Shown here piece by piece: positions 25,451 to 35,931 of a DNA stretch of 64,000 nt; position 1 is the stretch's first letter, and each line of letters starts with the position of its first letter. The translations under genes were made by a program, and so were the position numbers. This DNA comes from Octopus sinensis. Its lineage: Eukaryota. The notes beneath the pieces were generated by a model. It did not search any database. It worked only from the letters and a program-made list of their open reading frames with translations, and had not been told where the DNA came from. The DNA is taken from the NCBI RefSeq assembly GCF_006345805.1, contig NC_043004.1, forward strand, positions 14,260,001-14,324,000. The letters are read 5' to 3'.

Positions 25451-25783
25451 CATGTGGAGCCACCTTCAAGTGGTTAGGGCAGCGGACTTGCGGTCGTAGG
25501 ATCGCGGTTTCGATTCCCAAAGTGTTTATTAAGCGAAAACTCCTAAAGTTCCACGAGGCTCCTGCAGGGGGTAGTGGCGAACCCTGCGGTACTCTTTCAC
25601 CACAACTATCTCTCACTGTTTCTGTTGTACCGGTATTTCAAAGGGCCAGCCTTGTCACATCCTGAGAACTAGGGTACACGTGACTGTGGAGTGCTCAGTC
25701 ACCTGCACGTTAATTTCGCGAGCAGGCTGTTCCGTTGATCAGATCAACTGGAAACATCATCGTCGTAACCGATGGAGTGCCAC
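25451..25783 (+). mobile_element. tRNA-derived SINE family C
   Basis: tRNA-like head AGTGGTTAGGGCAGCGGACTTGCGGTCGTAGGATCGCGGTTTCGATTCC (A and B boxes) followed by a unique body. Confidence 0.7.
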
Positions 25784-25959
25784 GTTCAGATGAAAAAAAA
25801 AATAAATTTTTTTTAAATAAAACAAAGCAACATGAATAATGGAGAGAGAATATCAAGAATGGGCAGCCGTGTATATTCTTATCTAATTTATTTGCGAATC
25901 AGGAATCTAAAAGTTTCTGACATTGGCAAAAAGGTACAAATTTAGAGGAAAGTGAAAAG

Positions 25960-26350
25960 AGTGTTTCAAATTTTGGCTCAAGGTCAGCAGTTTCGGGGTC
26001 GGAGCTGAATCAATTACACTGACCCCAAAGCTCAACTAGTACTTATTTTGTCGACCCCAGAAGGATAAAAGGCCTCGGCAGAATTTGAACTCAGAACATG
26101 CAGGCGGACGAAATGGCACTAAGCATTTTGCCCGGCATGCTAACGATTCTGCCAGCTCACTGTAGTCTTTGTTTGATGTTTTCTTGATTTCAGAGGCCAG
26201 CAATTTCGGGTGAGGGAATAAATCAATTATATCGACTCTAGTATTCAATTGATACTTATTTTATCGACTCCGAAATGGTGAAAGGCAAAGCCGACTCCGG
26301 CGGAATTTCAGCTCAGAACGTAAAGTCGGATTAAATCCCGGTAAGCATTT
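25960..26350 (-). mobile_element. Two tandem SINE family A (A2 tail) copies
   Basis: Two B-box/body units on the minus strand. Confidence 0.7.
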
Positions 26351-26392
26351 TATCCGGTAGTCAAGTAGTGATGGGGAAACAAACAAACACAC

Positions 26393-26612
26393 ACACAAAT
26401 ATATATATATCAGGACGCCATGATAGATCGTTAGCTCCTACACGCATTTTTTCTCTTCTTGTTTCTCTCCTCGTTTTTTTTCTGTCGAAGAGCGTAGGCT
26501 CGAAACGTAAAAGACTTTTTCTATTTCTATTCCTGAGCGCTATACTAATACATTTGTTTGTTTGTACTCCCCCTGCCTTCGTCTTTTGTTTATTTTCGTA
26601 AACTTTCCCGTT
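26393..26612 (+). mobile_element. PLE 3'-tail (family H1) with hammerhead-like motif at 26477-26514
   Basis: CUGUCGA-A-GAGC-GUAG-GCUC-GAAAC-GUA^AAAGA; ends in (TA)n 26612-26690. Confidence 0.75.
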
Positions 26613-26629
26613 TATATATATATATAGAT

Positions 26630-26694
<65 letters not shown>

Positions 26695-27905
26695 GGAAGC
26701 TTTATAAAAATAGACAAAAGACGAAGGCAGGTGGAAAACAACACCAATTGTATTAGTATGGCGCTCAGGAAATATAAATAAAACAAGTCTTTAACGTTTC
26801 GAGCCTACGCTCTTCAACAGAAAGATACACAGAGAAAAAAACACAGAAAGAAAGAGAGAAAAAAATGCGTGCAGTAGCTAACGAATCAACATGGCGATCT
26901 GATTTCGGCCAGAAGTCAAAGATCAAACATGAGACGCGAGAGCGAAATTAGGGGAGATAATAGGGATGAATGACCTACTCCAACATAAGGGTGTGTGTGT
27001 GTGTGTGTATGAGAGAGTATTAGTGCGTATGAGAGGTCTGGACGTGTGTATGTATAGGGTTGGTGTATGTATTAGTATGTATTAGTATGTATTAGTTGGT
27101 GTATGTATTAGTATGGCACATCATATATGATGTGATGTGTAAAGTCGTGTGGTGTAGTGTGGGAGAGAAGGGAAGAGGGGGGGAGAAGAGGAGGAGGGGA
27201 GGGTGAGAAGGGGGAGGGGAAGGGGAGAAGAGGGGGAGGGGAGGAGGAGATGAGGGGCAGAAGGAAGGGGGGAGCAGGGGAGGAGGAAGGAGGAAAGAGG
27301 GAGAGGGGGAGAGGGGGAGAGAGAAGGAGAGTGAGGGAGCAGAGGGAAGGGGAAGAGGGAAGGAGGGAGGGAGAAAGAGGGAAGAAGGGATGGGGAGTAG
27401 GGGTGAAAGGATGAAGGACTGAAGAGAAGTAGGGGTCGGGGAGGAAAAGTAGGTGAGGAGGGGGGAGAGTTGAGACCAAATGGCGTATAAGAGCGAAGAG
27501 AGAAGATTAATTCCTGTTCACGGCGCAAACGGGAATCCGGATGGCCTCTGTGTAAGGACAAACCGAACACAGACAGGTGTTGCAAGGAGTGACCGGTGGA
27601 GCGGAAATGGCGTGAGACCGGTGTGTCGTTCGCAAGGTGGATGTCACGAAGGTGTTCCGCGAACCGGTCAGCCAAGCGGCGTCCCGATGTACAAGGAATG
27701 GCAGAGAGAGCAAGAGACGCAATAGATAATATTGCTGGAGGTGCAGGTGAAGGACTTGATGATGCGATAGGGTCGATGATGGGTGCTAGTGAGGAGGGTG
27801 GTGTTGGAGAGGTAACGGCAAGTGCGGCAACGTGGGCGGGAGCAGGGGAACGAGCCGGGTTGGGAGGTAGGGTCAGGGAAGGAGCTATGGACCAAAAGGT
27901 CTCGA
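26695..27905 (-). mobile_element. 5'-truncated Penelope-like element: GIY-YIG endonuclease remnant (27480-27900), pyrimidine-rich 3' UTR, H1 tail with hammerhead-like motif at 26788-26825
   Basis: [77 protein letters not shown]. Confidence 0.9.
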
Positions 27906-27911
27906 AGGTTG

Positions 27912-27950
<39 letters not shown>

Positions 27951-27977
27951 AAGGGTGAAAAGGAACACACGAGTTGA

Positions 27978-29221
27978 TATATATGAAAAAAGAAGTAAAA
28001 AATAGAAAATGCTAAAATAATTTTATAGTGAACATTTCAGTACCGGTTTCGGTCATTTTGAGACCTTTTCAACTGTAACGATTAAATAATTAATTTAGAA
28101 AAATTAGAAGAAAAGTTTTTTTAAAAGAATATTTCTATAGTAGTGTTCAGATTTAAGTGGCATTCTGCCTTTCTCTGACTCCCTTGTTTGCACTTGTGTG
28201 TTCGAGGTAGTTGTGAGCTCTTGGTAGGGTAGTAGAGAGAAGGCTGGTGAGGAAAGGGGGGTGGGAGAATCTGGGAGTGCCCTGATGGTCGTATTTTGAA
28301 TGGTCAGTGGCGGCTGGCAGTCTCAGTTCAATTCAGGAGAATATTTATATTGACAGGCTTCTTTATAGAATTAGCGTAGGTGTTATACTAAAAAACATAT
28401 TAGTGACAAACTTAAGGGGTAGGGGGGGGAGAGAAGAAGAAGAAGAAGAAGAAAAGAAGAAGAAGAGAAGGAGAAGGAGAAGATGACGATGATGGTGATG
28501 GTGGTGATGATTATGACGACGATGATGATGATAACGATGATGATGAAGAAGAAGAGAAGAAGAAGGAGGAGAAGGAGAAGATGGTGGTGATGATGGTGGC
28601 GATGATGATGATGCCGATGATGATGATAACGATGATGAAGAAGAAGAGGAAGAAGAAGAAGAAGAAAAAACAGAGAAGGGAGAATATGAATGTAAATATA
28701 GCTATGAAGGGGCTGATTAGTAATGGATTCTATTGAGTGTAGTATTTGTGTGTGTGTATATATATTTTTCTTTTTCTAAAGTTGAGGTATATTAATTGTT
28801 TGTCGTAGACCCGTTAAGAAGTGGCTTGTATTTTGTAATAAAGAGATTTTCTTTACTTATTCGTTGTCTCGAGGTTGTATCGTCCCTAAATTGGTAGAGG
28901 GGGAAAATTCTGAAATACGACCATCAGGGCACTCCCAGATTCTCCCACCCCCCTTTCCTCACCAGCCTTCTCTCTACTACCCTACCAAGAGCTCACAACT
29001 ACCTCGAACACACAAGTGCAAACAAGGGAGTCAGAGAAAGGCAGAATGCCACTTAAATCTGAACACTACTATAGAAATATTCTTTTAAAAAAACTTTTCT
29101 TCTAATTTTTCTAAATTTAATTATTTAATCGTTACAGTTGAAAAGGTCTCAAAATGACCGAAACCGGTACTGAAATGTTCACTATAAACTTATTTTAGCA
29201 TTTTCTATTTTTTACTTGTTT

Positions 29222-29232
<11 letters not shown>
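27978..29232. repeat. Fold-back F6: about 330-bp near-identical inverted arms (27978-28310 / 28912-29232) around a 600-nt loop with GAA/GAT repeats
   Basis: gttcgaggtagttgtgagctc...gatggtcgtatt versus aatacgaccatc...gagctcacaactacctcgaac; both outer ends at (TA)n. Confidence 0.92.
29135..29172 (+). ncRNA. Minimal type I hammerhead ribozyme candidate with compensatory U3-A8 core (mirror copy 28038-28075, minus)
   Basis: CAG-UUGAAAA-GGUC-UCAAAAU-GACC-GAAAC-CG-GUA^CUG; palindromic ACCGGU in place of stem III. Confidence 0.7.
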
Positions 29233-29252
<20 letters not shown>

Positions 29253-29259
29253 AGAAAAT

Positions 29260-30430
29260 AGTAAAGAGTGAAAAAACGAGAGAAGGCTTAAATGTTAAAA
29301 AATATATATATTTGCGTCAAAATGTCTGGAGAATATTGGAAAAATTTATTTCCCTCCTTAAAATGACATAATTTTATAATTTTTAAAGAAATACCGGTTT
29401 CGCAGTTAGCTCTTCAAATTTCTTGTGACTTAATGTTTATTTTTAATAACGTAATCCTGGTATTTTTGCTACGGAGAGTTCTAAATAAGGGAAAGTAGTG
29501 AGTGATTTCTTCCGGTGTAAGGGAGATAATCGCTTAAAAATTTTTTTTTCCTTTAGTTTAGTGAATTTCTCTGTATTATGAGTTCGGATAGTTGAGTCTG
29601 GGTTTGTACTTTTCAATGAAGAATGTTTCCTTATTTAGTCTAATTTGTGATGATGATCCGAAAGCACATTGGTAAAATGGAAAGATTAAAAATTGTGGTT
29701 GTAGTTGCTTTGCGCATTTCTCAATGTGTTCACTAAAAGGTATCATTCTATATTCTGGGAATGCAATCTGTTGTCGATGCAGTGTGCATCTACGTCTGAG
29801 TGATAGTCCCGTGGACCCCACGTAGTCTTGGTGGCAGCCCGAGCATTTAATGACATAAATTATGTTTTCAGAGGCACAAGTAAAGTTAGATTTGATCTTG
29901 AATTTCTGTCCCTCTTTAAAGAAGAATTCTGATCCTTCCAATAGGTTAGGACATGTTGCACAGTTCGATCTACCACATTTTTTTACTTTTGCATCCGTAA
30001 TTTTAGAAGACAATTTTGCCTTTGTGAGAATCTTTTAAGTGATTTAGGCTGTTTGTAGCTTTTTATGATTTGGTGTATGTTTAGAATTTCCTTTAATTTG
30101 GGGTTTTTATGAAGTATTGGTAAATTCTGGGTGATGATGGTGAAAGCTTCTTTGTTTCTGGGGTTGTATGTAGATATGTAAGGTAGTATTTTCGGGGAAG
30201 GTGTGTTGTTGTGTTGAACTTTTCTTAAAGTTTCTATGTTGATTTCTGTTGCACGTCTGATCCCATCCTCTATGAGTTGGGTAATGTCTGTCAATGAAGG
30301 TGTTTTTGAGTTCTTGCAGTCTGAAGTTCCTGGTGTTTTGTTCTGACACTATTGTGCATATCCTTCTTGCAAGGTTGAAGGGGATGTTTGTTTTAGTGTG
30401 TCTTGGGTGGCATGAACTAAAAAGAAGGTA
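29260..30430 (-). mobile_element. 5'-truncated Penelope-like element: RT thumb/linker (frameshifted), GIY-YIG domain and 3' UTR with hammerhead-like motif at 29387-29423
   Basis: HPRHTKTNIPFNLARRICTIVS..RLQELK; LPYISTYNPR; KIKSNFTCASENIIYVIKCSGCHQDYVGST. Confidence 0.92.
29576..30013 (-). pseudogene. PLE GIY-YIG endonuclease domain (open segment of a disrupted ORF)
   Basis: KCGRSNCATC, IIYVIKC..C..DYVGST, RRRCTLH, SEH, KETFFIEKYKPRLN. Confidence 0.9.
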
Positions 30431-30451
30431 TTGTTTTGCGATATATATATA

Positions 30452-30527
<76 letters not shown>

Positions 30528-30537
30528 CATATATATA

Positions 30538-30650
30538 TACGACGGGCTTTTTCCAGTTTCCGTCTACTGAATCGACTCTCAAGGCTTTCGTCGGCCTGAG
30601 GCTATAGCAGAAGACTCTTACTCAAGTCGCCTCGCAGAGAGACTGAACAC
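30538..30650 (-). mobile_element. SINE family B 5' half
   Basis: acgacgggcttttccagtttccgtctac...gaggctatagcagaagac. Confidence 0.7.
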
Positions 30651-31094
30651 ACTACTTCTAGGCTGGTATCTATTTAATCCAATTATAAAAGATAAATAAA
30701 GGAAAATGTGTGATGTATTTGAACTGATTTAAACTGATAAATTTTACATTTATCTCACTTAAACATGCATGTTCTTATAGAACAAACTATACAGCGGTGG
30801 ATACCACGAGAGAACTTCTCATATTGGCTTTTGATGCAAAATGCACTTTTGTTTATATTATCAATATGAGAGTTTCTCTCGCGGTATCTACCCCAGCATA
30901 GTTTGTTCTAAAAGAACATCCACGGTTAAGTGGAGGATAAATATTATACCTCGGTATTAATACCGTCTCTGTCGCAAATATATAAATTTTACATGGTTTC
31001 ATTACGATGCCCGACCGATACTCGCCAAATAATATAAGTGATAATTAGTAAATGTACAATGTGTACAAATCTATGTGCGCAATATTGAGGGGTG

Positions 31095-31250
31095 GGGCAA
31101 ATGAATTGCATCAAACTCAATGATAGCCCGGTTCTTATTTGATCGACCCCGAAATGTCAAAAGGTAATGTGCACCTCGGCGGGATTTGAACTCATAACTC
31201 AAAAAGTGGAAGAAATGCCGCTAAACATTTCCTCCTACCGATCCTGCGAG
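31095..31250 (-). mobile_element. SINE family A, degenerate
   Basis: ttgatcgaccccgaaa...ggatttgaactc. Confidence 0.55.
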
Positions 31251-31305
31251 GTAAGAATTCTTTCTAGCATCAGCAGGGTAGTGATAATCATTTCTGGTAT
31301 AAATA

Positions 31306-31869
31306 TTGGGTTGTCCGGAAAGTCCGTGCCGATTCTTAAAGCAAAGTAAAATGTCAATAAATATTGCCATTACATTTTTAATCAACCAAATATGAACCAT
31401 TTTGCTGCACAATGCGTCTCCAGCTTTCCTTTAACTAGAAAATACCCTCTTCCTAGAATTGAGGTGGTTTCATGGCAGAGAATTCATCAAGGTATCTTTT
31501 TTTGTCATGCAAGGAATTGAAATTTTTATCATTAAGACTATTCTGCAGAGACCTCAAGAAGCAGAAATCCGAAGGAGCAATATCTGGTGAATATGGAGTG
31601 TGGGATAACACATCCCAGCCGATATGCAGCAATTTTTGTCTGCTTACAAAGCATCAAGTGCCGAAAATGAACTTTCTTATCTTCCATTTTAAAAGGTTAC
31701 AGAATTAACACAGGTTATAGGAACATAAACCTTCTTCCATGGAAAGATAGCTTAAACTGTTCTCTAAATGGAGGTGTAGTCAAATCCTATTTTATGGACT
31801 CAACCATGTTCTGAAATAAGTCGAAAGGTAAGCTACTATAAATCGTCACGAACTTTCCGGATAACCCAA
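31306..31869 (-). mobile_element. Internally deleted mariner with both TIRs and TA target duplication
   Basis: TIRs TTGGGTTGTCCGGAAAAGTCCGTGCCGATT / AATCGTCACGAACTTTCCGGATAACCCAA, TA on both sides; WDVLSHTPYSPDIAPSDFCFLRSLQNSL on the minus strand. Confidence 0.9.
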
Positions 31870-31879
31870 TAGAAAGCCA

Positions 31880-32315
31880 CAAATACGGGTGCTTTACATA
31901 AACAAGAACAGTAATCATTTCTATATTTGGAATTGATCCTAATAATGAATAGTGTACTTCATCGACCCCGGATATACGAATGAAAAATTTGAATGTGAGG
32001 AGATTTGAACACAAAGCGTAAACAACCACGACAAAAACCTTAAGTCATTCCCTCTAACATTCTCAGATTCTCCGAGTATACTGCCAAAATAATAACCATA
32101 TTCCTTTTTTACTATAGGCATAAGGACTGAAAAATTGGTGGGTAGGTTGTCGTAGATTACATCGACTCGAATTCCTGAATGGTACTTATTTAGCTGGGCC
32201 CGAAAAATGAAACGCAAAATCGAACTCGGCTGAATTTCAATCCAGGTCTTAAAGCAAATGTAATGTTACTGAGCAATTTGTCCGGCGTGCTAACGACTCT
32301 GCCCAATGCCAACTT
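31880..32315 (-). mobile_element. Two degenerate SINE family A copies
   Basis: B-box gatttgaac and cggcgtgctaacgactctgcc head sequences on the minus strand. Confidence 0.55.
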
Positions 32316-33779
32316 TAATTTCATATTTTTGTACAACCCAGCAATTTTAAGAGAGGAGTTTAATCGATTATATCAATTCCTATGATAAATTAGGTTTTTA
32401 AAAGATGAAAGGCATTGTTGTATGTATATTTATTCATATCATCCCCTAACCGTTCATCGGTTAGTTGCGGTTTAATAATTGACAAGACGCCCATCACTAT
32501 TACACAGGGATAGGAACAAATAGACATGAAGCCCATAGGTCCAACTTCTCTGCTCTTTTTTAAGTTCTGTACTGATGAGTACTTTGATATTTTCAAATCT
32601 TTGAAATGAATTTGTATCTATGTATAAAACGATCGCATGCATGAAGAAAGTTCTTACAAATTTATAATGTCTTACCTCCACTATTTTTGACAAATATGAT
32701 TAGATTTTACAAAATCTATAACTTAATCATAGATTAACTTAATCATACACTTTATATATATATATATAATATATATATATATATAATATATATATATATT
32801 TATAAATATGTGTGTGTGTATCTTTGTCAGTATACATGTATGTACGTATATATATATTCTCTATAAATACATGTGTATGTGTGTAAGAGAGAAACTTAGA
32901 GAGAGACTGACAGACAGAGAAAAGAGAGAGCAATGTGTCTATGTTAATGTGTGAGTATATGTTGTTTAAGTCCGTACGCTTCAGTGTATTTAAAATACAG
33001 ATCTGATTTTATGAACAGATGCATATGTCTGTTTGTTTACATAGGTACTAGTTCTATTAATGCTTAAACACATGAAGTCTAAGCACAGATTTTTCAATGG
33101 CATTACGAAGAAATGAACAAAAACAAAATTTAAGCAACAACATATATTGTGCAACATATGTTCACTCAGCATGTACTGCTTTTCACTCTACATTAGATTT
33201 GCATAATAATCTATTACGTATCAGGAAAGCGTACACTTCAAGATTGAATAAGACAGAGAATTAAAGAAAATACATATTAAATTTGAATAGAAAAAAAAAC
33301 AGTCTAATGAACAGTTGTTTTATTTGAAGGTATTTGGGCAGTCATTTACAACGACTAATTCAATATTATTTTGAAAGAACTTATGTTTGCCATCGCCAGG
33401 AAAATAATTTGTGTAATTTTATTTTGTGTAAACAACTGTGGAACTCGTGTGGATTTGATTGTTTTATGAAGATGTTTTTCAGTCTCTCTCTAACTTACAT
33501 CTGGCTAGAATATACTTCAGCAAAAACATTGGAAACACCATGTATTTATAACGGATAAACATCATGATGAATTAGTAATTAAAGGAAGAAATATTGTAGA
33601 AACCATCTGCATCAGCTAATTTAGCATAAAAATAAAATGAAATAAATTGATAAAAGAATAAAGTACGGTTTCTTAGTCGATTTGCAGAACAACAAAATTA
33701 TTTACCAGTTCTTGACATAACACAGTCAAAGATAATGTATGTTTATTCGTGACATGAGAGATTTCCCTAGATTGTATAC

Positions 33780-34315
<536 letters not shown>

Positions 34316-34964
34316 AATTACATACTCATGTCAGTGTCCGAGTACCTTGTTGTTAAATAGCATCGTATCTTTCATATATTTTATCTTTTACTCGTTCCAG
34401 TCACTGGTCTGCGGTGATGTTGAACCACAGTTTCATTGGGTAATATCAATCAAATCGTATCCAATACTTATTGCTAAATTTAACATCTTTACGTTTCCTA
34501 ATTCCACCGCATCCACACTAAATCTATTTATTCCCCATTCCTCCATCTCTGTAGCCTCTGTAACCCATAACTATTATATTTAGACCTCGACAGTTTATCC
34601 AAGCGATACTCTTTCCCATCGTTATTCACGCTGATTTTTCTCTACTCGTTCCTTTATCTGTTATTACATCCTGGTCTGTAACCCAATATATCTCATCCTT
34701 TTTCTCCTCATATAACACCCGCCACTTTGCCCTTGCAACAGATTATCTTTTGCCTCTTCCACCACCTAAAATCTGTCCCTGCAATCTGCAGAATTTTATT
34801 ATCATACAAATTGGTAAGAACCATAGGAAGGCCAGATTTTTATACAGCTTGGATCGTTATATCATTGACAAATCTCGTAGCTGAGAACCAGCTTGCATAG
34901 TTTGTAGGAAACCATAGGTCCATTGCTTGACTGAACATTGTATGCGGATAATGAATTCTCGTTC

Positions 34965-35223
34965 ATAAGAAATTCGACGACGAGGTAGGTTCGTTGACGC
35001 TGCATCAAAGAAACCAAAGAACAAAAGAAAAACGGAGAAAGAGGAAACGCCCACAACACCAGAGCTGAAGACACCTCCAAAAGGAAGGGGGCGCCACATC
35101 GAAAACGGTTGAGGAGTAGGGGTCGAAACCGGACATGGTTCCTCCCGAGGATGTCTCTATCCACTGGATCCTATAAAGGAGCTGTTGAGGTAGCGAACCA
35201 CGAAACGTGGTTGTAATTCCTCA
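34965..35223 (+). repeat. 259-bp direct repeat, copy 1 (copy 2 at 35738-35995)
   Basis: ataagaaattcgacgacgagg...gaaccacgaaacgtggtt..aattcctca in both copies; period 773. Confidence 0.93.
35106..35159 (+). ncRNA. Non-circularly permuted hammerhead candidate, copy 1 (core CCGAGGA)
   Basis: CGGUU^GAGGAG-UAGGGGUC-GAAACCG-GACAUGG-UUCCUC-CCGAGGA-U-GUCUCUA. Confidence 0.55.
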
Positions 35224-35877
35224 AATACTGACTGCAAGGAAAGACTTCCTGACAACCCAGAAAGTGGGATGGCAAAGCGGAGACACGCTTGACAGTACGA
35301 CAGTGCAAAAAGCCTCAAGTGGGCTTGCAGCCCGATCCGGGGTAAAGTTGCAATAAGTAAACATGATAAACCATGCCCCCATGATCCCGGAGCACGAGGA
35401 GAGAATAAAGGATCAAACAGGAATAGAAAAAGGAATGGACCCGGACCCGAAATGGACAACTAGAAAGGAAGCAATAAAGGAAGGGTAGATAAGGAATTCA
35501 GCTTCTGCTGAAAGGTGTTTTCTAGTTACATCGGGCTTAGAATTCACCAAGGGAAGGTGCATCAAAAGAAAGTGGTTCAACGTCGCGGCTTGAAAAACCA
35601 GAAGACGTGTGGCCAGAACCTCCTGGAAAGAAACCATAGCGAGTGTCATTCCACAGTTGAAACTGAACAACCAAGAAAAGAGATAGGCGTGAAGAAGCCA
35701 AAGATTAAGTGGCCGGAGGCAAATGTTGCAGTGAGCTATAAGAAATTCGACGACGAGGTTAATTCGTTGACGCTGCATCGAAGAAACCAAAGAATACATG
35801 AAACAAATGAAAGAAGAAAGGCATTCAACACCAAAACTGAAGACACCTCCGAAAGGGGGTGGGCGCCACGTCGAAAA

Positions 35878-35931
35878 TGGTAGAGGATTAGGGAACGAAA
35901 CCAGACGTGGCTCCTTCTGATGATGTCTTTA
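35878..35931 (+). ncRNA. Non-circularly permuted hammerhead candidate, copy 2 (canonical CUGAUGA/GAAA)
   Basis: UGGUA^GAGGA-U-UAGGGAAC-GAAACCA-GACGUGGC-UCCUU-CUGAUGA-U-GUCUUUA. Confidence 0.65.

Noticed and set aside
25451-25525. tRNA gene
   Set aside because: The tRNA-like head lacks a complete acceptor stem and continues into a SINE body; the same applies to SINE-A heads.
27160-27470. G/A-rich tract as a low-complexity protein or stand-alone regulatory G4/triplex element
   Set aside because: It lies between the PLE stop and its tail on the opposite strand and is best explained as the PLE 3' UTR.
27978-29232. Palindromes as assembly or MDA chimera artefacts
   Set aside because: The arms carry substitutions and indels relative to each other and end at biologically coherent junctions. 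This is not fully excluded without reads.
35180-35220. CUGUUGA-GGU/ACC..GAAACGUGGUU near the end of the direct repeat as a hammerhead
   Set aside because: Stem I is out of register, copy 2 has CUGUUGC, and AACCAC/GUGGUU forms a competing hairpin.
35837-35877. CUGAAGA...GUCGAAA upstream of the permuted motif as a second, standard hammerhead
   Set aside because: The 10.1-11.1 pair and stem I cannot be formed consistently in both repeat copies.
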